This document shows positions 58,747 through 64,000 of a stretch of 64,000 bases of DNA, piece after piece (within the stretch, counting starts at the first letter, position 1; every line of letters starts with the position of its first letter). A program made the position numbers and the translations under genes. The DNA comes from Azolla caroliniana. Its lineage: Eukaryota; Plantae; Polypodiophyta. Where the stretch lies: NCBI GenBank assembly GCA_043228905.1, contig JBHGNT010000001.1:1178001-1242000 (forward strand), given 5' to 3'. The notes below the pieces were generated by a model. That model was not told where the DNA came from, did not search any database, and saw only the letters and a list, made by a program, of their open reading frames with translations.

Positions 58747-60552
58747 ATTCACAACTTCCCATTTGCCCCGTATGATATACAATATGTTCGGCCCACTTTA
58801 ATGTAATTTGGAAATTATGGTCATATCATGTTGGTTGCATCGATACATATCATATCAAGTCGCTTCTCAGTTATTCAATTGATAATATATGCTATGAAGT
58901 GTGTCTCTTTCTATCGAAAGGTGTGACTGTCTAAGAGACAAGTATACAACACGAGACATTTTATTTCATCTCTCTTTTCTCTAACGCTTCTAATAGACAA
59001 CATCTAGAAAAGTACATCTCGAGCAGTTCATGGAGGTTAAAAAGTGGAGTAATCACTGACTTTGAACCTTAATTCATTTCTTTGAAGTTCATTGAAAAAA
59101 CAAAGAGAAAAAAAATCTTATAATTTGTAACAAAAGGAAATAAATAAATAAACGAATATAGAATCCAAAGAATACACATCCAACACAAGCTACATTGCAC
59201 GTTGTCACCATGTCACATTTAATTCGCTACTATATGATAGTCACATGTTGAGGGGGTTTTGGTGGTGAGACGTACAAAAGTTATTGTGAAGTGCTCCACA
59301 TACTACCTACCCATTTGACGGGTAGAAAGAAGTTAACAAGTTGATTAGTCCTAATTTCTAAATATAATATAGTTTATCTTGATATGTTTAAAAATAATGG
59401 AGGCCTTATTTGTCAATCCATGATCTATATCCAATCTATTCAAATGAAAAGAGTTTGCAGGGGTTAACCTTAGTGGTATGTTTTTTGACCTCTTGTGATG
59501 ATTAAGGTGTTCTTTTGCAAAGAAATTTATATCAACATCAAGGAAAGGTTCAATTTAACAAACACCAATACTACCAACTCATACTAGAGATGATACTCTA
59601 GGAGAGTTCAATCAAGCTGTAAATGAAATAAAATGTGCTACGTTTTGATGCAATTCATTTTATGCAAAACTTAAATATAAATAGAATGTGGCATGTGTAA
59701 TAACTTTAAATGAATATGCCTCATGATGCCCAAGGCATTTGTGTGCCCACTCCACAAGTATATAATTTGTTTAGAAATATAGAAGCAACATCCATCAAGG
59801 AATGAATAAACCTACTCAACCATTGGAAGCTTCAAAATGATGTAATAATTCAAGGAGGTCAAATTGTTCACTGAATATTGACCATAAGTTATAATGTAGT
59901 TCACTATTACCTAGAACTTGATTCTCATCAAGAACTTTTACATTGAGTGAGAACTTCAATTGTATATGCCAATTAAATAGAATAGAACATAAACTTCTAT
60001 AATAATATTGTTGGAATTCGTATAGAAGAGTCATGTGCATTATGAAACTACAAAGCTTCTAATGGTTGATGGAAAACAAATCATTCATCATAGTGCGCTT
60101 TTGGTATGTGTTTTGGTAACCTTACTGATCGCTACTTCTTATTCATGCGTTCTTCTTGATAATTGCTTCGATGTTCATGTGCAATAACATACTAGTGTCT
60201 ATTATTTGATTGACAAGAAGGGCGAGAGTGAGTGTCAATCACCATTAAGTTACTAAAATGTACGTTAACTACTACAACAAACTCTAATCTTAATTTATAA
60301 CTTAATCACTTAAACAAGATTAATTCGACACTTGACTCATCACATGAGACTTCACTACAATCCAAACTATAGCTAAGATAGTGGCAAGGCAAGAAATCAC
60401 CAATATGGTTTAACTTCTATTAGTCTAAGCTTACAAGATTTAAAAGGTTATAATGATTACAATGGCTAGTACATTTATAACTTATAATTAACAAATTATT
60501 AAGGAATACAATGGATTCTTTATCATCCATGAGAAGACCAAATTTGACCTAT

Positions 60553-60720
60553 GGGACCAAATAAACATATGTGCTCAACCTTTTTGGTGGGGATTTTAGT
60601 ATGACACTTAAATCATCATGCCAATCTAACAAGTCATCATCCTTCTCACAAATTAACTTCTACGTTGAACATGCGAGAAATAAGTTATATTCATCCTCCA
60701 CTAGGTTTTCATTGCATATC
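60553..60720. repeat. Dispersed repeat, copy B (copy A at about 1256-1500)
   Basis: Carries the same shared blocks as copy A. Confidence 0.7.
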
Positions 60721-60789
60721 TTTAATATGTTCATGCAAGAGCAATGATTCAATTGGTCTACTTGTTCATACAATTATGCTTCACATTCT

Positions 60790-61195
60790 CTATACTCTAA
60801 TAACATTCTCTATACCTTCAAACATCAAGCCTTCCAAATATACCAATTGCCTTCTCTATACTTACGAATTGCCATATTTGAGGTTTATCAGTTTCTATTT
60901 GTGAATTCAAAGTTATCAATGTTTTCTGCATCAAACCATGTCTCATAGCAATAGCATCTACAACCTTCTCATGTTCATATACCATTGGTTTATCTTGTAC
61001 CTCCGCCAATAATGCCGCTCCCCATGTATACACTACTCGAGGGTATACTGGTATTAATAGTGTTATGATTCGTTTCCATATTTCCATCGCAAAACTACAA
61101 CTCCACAAACAATGCTTAACAGTCTCTACTAGATCCGTAGAGAAAGGGCACATCTTGTCTACATTCCCTTTTCGCCACCCATTAATTGGTATTGG
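60790..61195 (-). mobile_element. LINE fragment, same family as the 27 kb and 28.5 kb copies
   Basis: CPFSTDLVETVKHCLWSCSFAMEIWKRIITLLIPVYPR...QDKPMVYE...KPQIWQ (zf-RVT CxxC..HxxxxC-like). Confidence 0.82.
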
Positions 61196-62969
61196 CTCTT
61201 CTTTCTCCCTACCATTCTTTAATATTCATACAATGTTACGGTTGTTAAATTTTTATCTTTTGCATCCTTCATCGGTCCAAGCATTAAATGAGAAACTAAT
61301 CATCCATCTACAAGTGCACTGACATATTGATGCCCTACCTAGAGAATGACATCCTTTAATTGTTCCCAATTTGTTTTCACATCTTTATTACAAAAAGGTT
61401 AATGACATAACTCAACCTCATCTGAATATATATTAACTTTTTTATAACAAGGTTAGATAATGTACCTTTTTTTCCATTTGTACTCTAATGCATTGGTAAA
61501 TGTGTAAGTTTTGTGTTGTAATGTGGTAAGCCCCATAACTTATCACTTATTATGAAATATTTCTTCTTTTGGTTTCATTGGCTTGTCTTCTTTGTTGTTG
61601 CTCCGGTAGAACGTAATATTCGTGTTCGTGCAAACATTCAAACGATTGAAAACGAACACGTTTGAAAAGGGAAAAATATCTACTCGTTTTTATGTCTTTT
61701 TCTTCATTCATCGTCATTACAAATTCAGCTCACCATAATGGTAAGTAGTCATGTTATTGTTGGCTACGTTTTGGGTTCGATTCCCAATTTTCTCATCTCT
61801 CTCTCATTAGTACCATGTCAAAATTTTATGTTAATAGTATAGTACTTTGTATTTTGTATTTTTTCATTATTAGAACTAAGCACAACCTAGTGGTAAGTTG
61901 CTGTCGTCTTGGGTTCAACTCCCAACTTTCTCATATCCTCTTGTTAGTGTCATGGAAATTTTTTATGTTAGTGTCATGTTCCTTTTTCTTTCTTTCTTTG
62001 TTATTAGAAATTAGCTCACCCTAATGGTAAGTTGTTATGCTACTATTGCCTATGTCATGTTTTCTTCATATTCTCAAATATATGTTTTATGAGTTTTTGA
62101 ACGTTTGATTATAATTTATAATAACATATTTTGATTCAATCTCTATAGTTCATACTAATTTTTTTGTAAAGTTCTAAAGTGAGGATGATAGAGATGTCTT
62201 GATTCTTAAAAAGTGTCCCAAAGTATGCATGTGATACAATGCAAATATTGCAACGATACTTATGTTGGTAGTTCACAATGGATTAGAGTCCACTTATTGG
62301 GATTGAGAGTGAATCAATACATATACAATATAGACCATAGTCAATCCAATCCAACTTTGAAATGATTTACCATACACGTTTGATTGAATCATTCTCGAAT
62401 GTGAATGCACGTATGGTTCATTCTATGGTTGCTCCTTTGGGCTCCAATCTCCTTTCGCAAGGAAATTCATATATTTCATGTAGACCTTGTCACTATCTAA
62501 ATAGTAGCTCTTTTCGTATCATCAAAAATTGTGCTAACAATGGCTTAACATGATTCTCCTTCTTTCCTATTCCAACTAACTCTATTTAATAGCAACAATT
62601 TGCTTCGTTTTTGTCTTTTATGTAACTCTTTGGCATCTAATGCATCCTTTGATGTGAGTTTGGGTGCACAACACTCATTGACATTTTCTTTCAATGTCTT
62701 CTCTCCATTTCATCATGATTGCATTTAAGATTGTTATTTTCGCGCTTAAGTTCAAGATTGTTATTTTCTTAAGTTCATGAGAGAGAGAGAGAGGCGTAAA
62801 GTTTAGCTCGAGAGAATTGTAAAATGAGGAAGAACCCCAACAAAAGGTTATAGTTTCACCTTTAACAAAATAAAATAAAATTTAACAAAATAAAATTTAT
62901 GGCCCTTTAACGATTGGCTAGGTAAAGGGTTTATAAATGTTACCTTTATACCCCAATGCAATGTTATGC

Positions 62970-62972
<3 letters not shown>

Positions 62973-63013
<41 letters not shown>
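62973..63013. repeat. (TG)n microsatellite
   Basis: Directly visible. Confidence 0.97.
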
Positions 63014-63014
<1 letters not shown>

Positions 63015-64000
63015 TTGTTGCTCTACTTCTACAAGGAGTCTTTAGTGTATACTCGGACCATAGTGTTGACAAAGAGATGTCAAATGGATACTAAACAATG
63101 ATGTAGAGTGGGGGAAGTTGCAAAGGATTTGTTTTCGAGATTTGTCCAATTTAGAAGAATTGTACCATGGGCGTGCCATGTTTTACAATTTGCAAAATCT
63201 GTGTTTGTCCTAATGGTTGAGGTAATGAAAATTACACCATTGAGTTTTGAGGATTATTACACCACCAAGGGGAAACTAAGGATTTTATGCATGTTTGTAG
63301 AAGAACATGCAATATTGAGGGAGCGCTTTATCCAATGTCCTCAAATAATCAAGGTTCACACATGGTAGCGCTACTTCAACACTCAAGCTTCCAACCTTAT
63401 TCAAATGTCATGAAAATGATTGAGAGCATCACTGTCAACATATAGTTCAAGACTCATGATATTCATTGATCTTGTTTTTAATGATATGATACATTGTGAG
63501 GGTGTTCCTAACATATTATGGGCTTTGCTTTCTCAATAATATGTAAACTCATCTCGAAATAGAGTTACGTAGTGAAGTTTTATAATGTGAAAGAAATGTA
63601 AATATCCATAGATTGTTTGTAGATCCTAGTGTTGGAAGCTGAAAGAATGATTTTCAAGTACAATTGAGGTACATTTTATAAAATACCCTCATTCCTAATA
63701 TATATTGAAGTGCTAGTATTGAACTTGCTTAAATGCATTGGATATTCAGAAGGTATGAAGTCCACTGGTTATGATGTTATTCAATTTCACTAAAAGAGTC
63801 TACAAGTATTCTCCTAAACTTAGCATCTTTATATTACTATCTTTATTTCTACACTACATAAAAGAAGTTTGCCTTGTTATACAAATCACCTGGTGCAAAT
63901 GAAGAAAATGCCATGATTGCTGAGCAACAATAAAACTTCAGTCAAGTAGTAAATATTGAAAGCATCAATAGTGGGGTACGGCAATTCATGTGATGAAATC

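Overview
This is AT-rich, intron-rich nuclear DNA from a land plant; a fern or other seed-free plant is my impression only. Genes supported by splice-consistent translation are: the last exons of an unidentified + strand gene (2-250); a KUP/HAK/KT K+ transporter (-, apparently degenerate or truncated); AIR9 (+, LRR and A9 repeats); a possible small organelle-targeted protein (32204-32557); a plastid-type DnaJ (-); an intronless polyol/sugar transporter (+); and eEF1B-gamma (+). The standout is a two-exon nuclear gene (46046-47079 + 47420-47636, 416 aa) that the ORF track hides. It encodes a mitochondrial-presequence-like N-terminus, a long Asp-rich tract and a complete group II intron maturase domain X resembling MatR. 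It has no RT domain, and a spliceosomal intron splits domain X. DnaJ intron 1 holds a chimeric plastid insertion of rbcL and petA fragments. The window also has two hAT-type MITEs with 8-bp TSDs, several LINE remnants and many local tandem duplications. All homology calls come from recalled motifs, not database searches.
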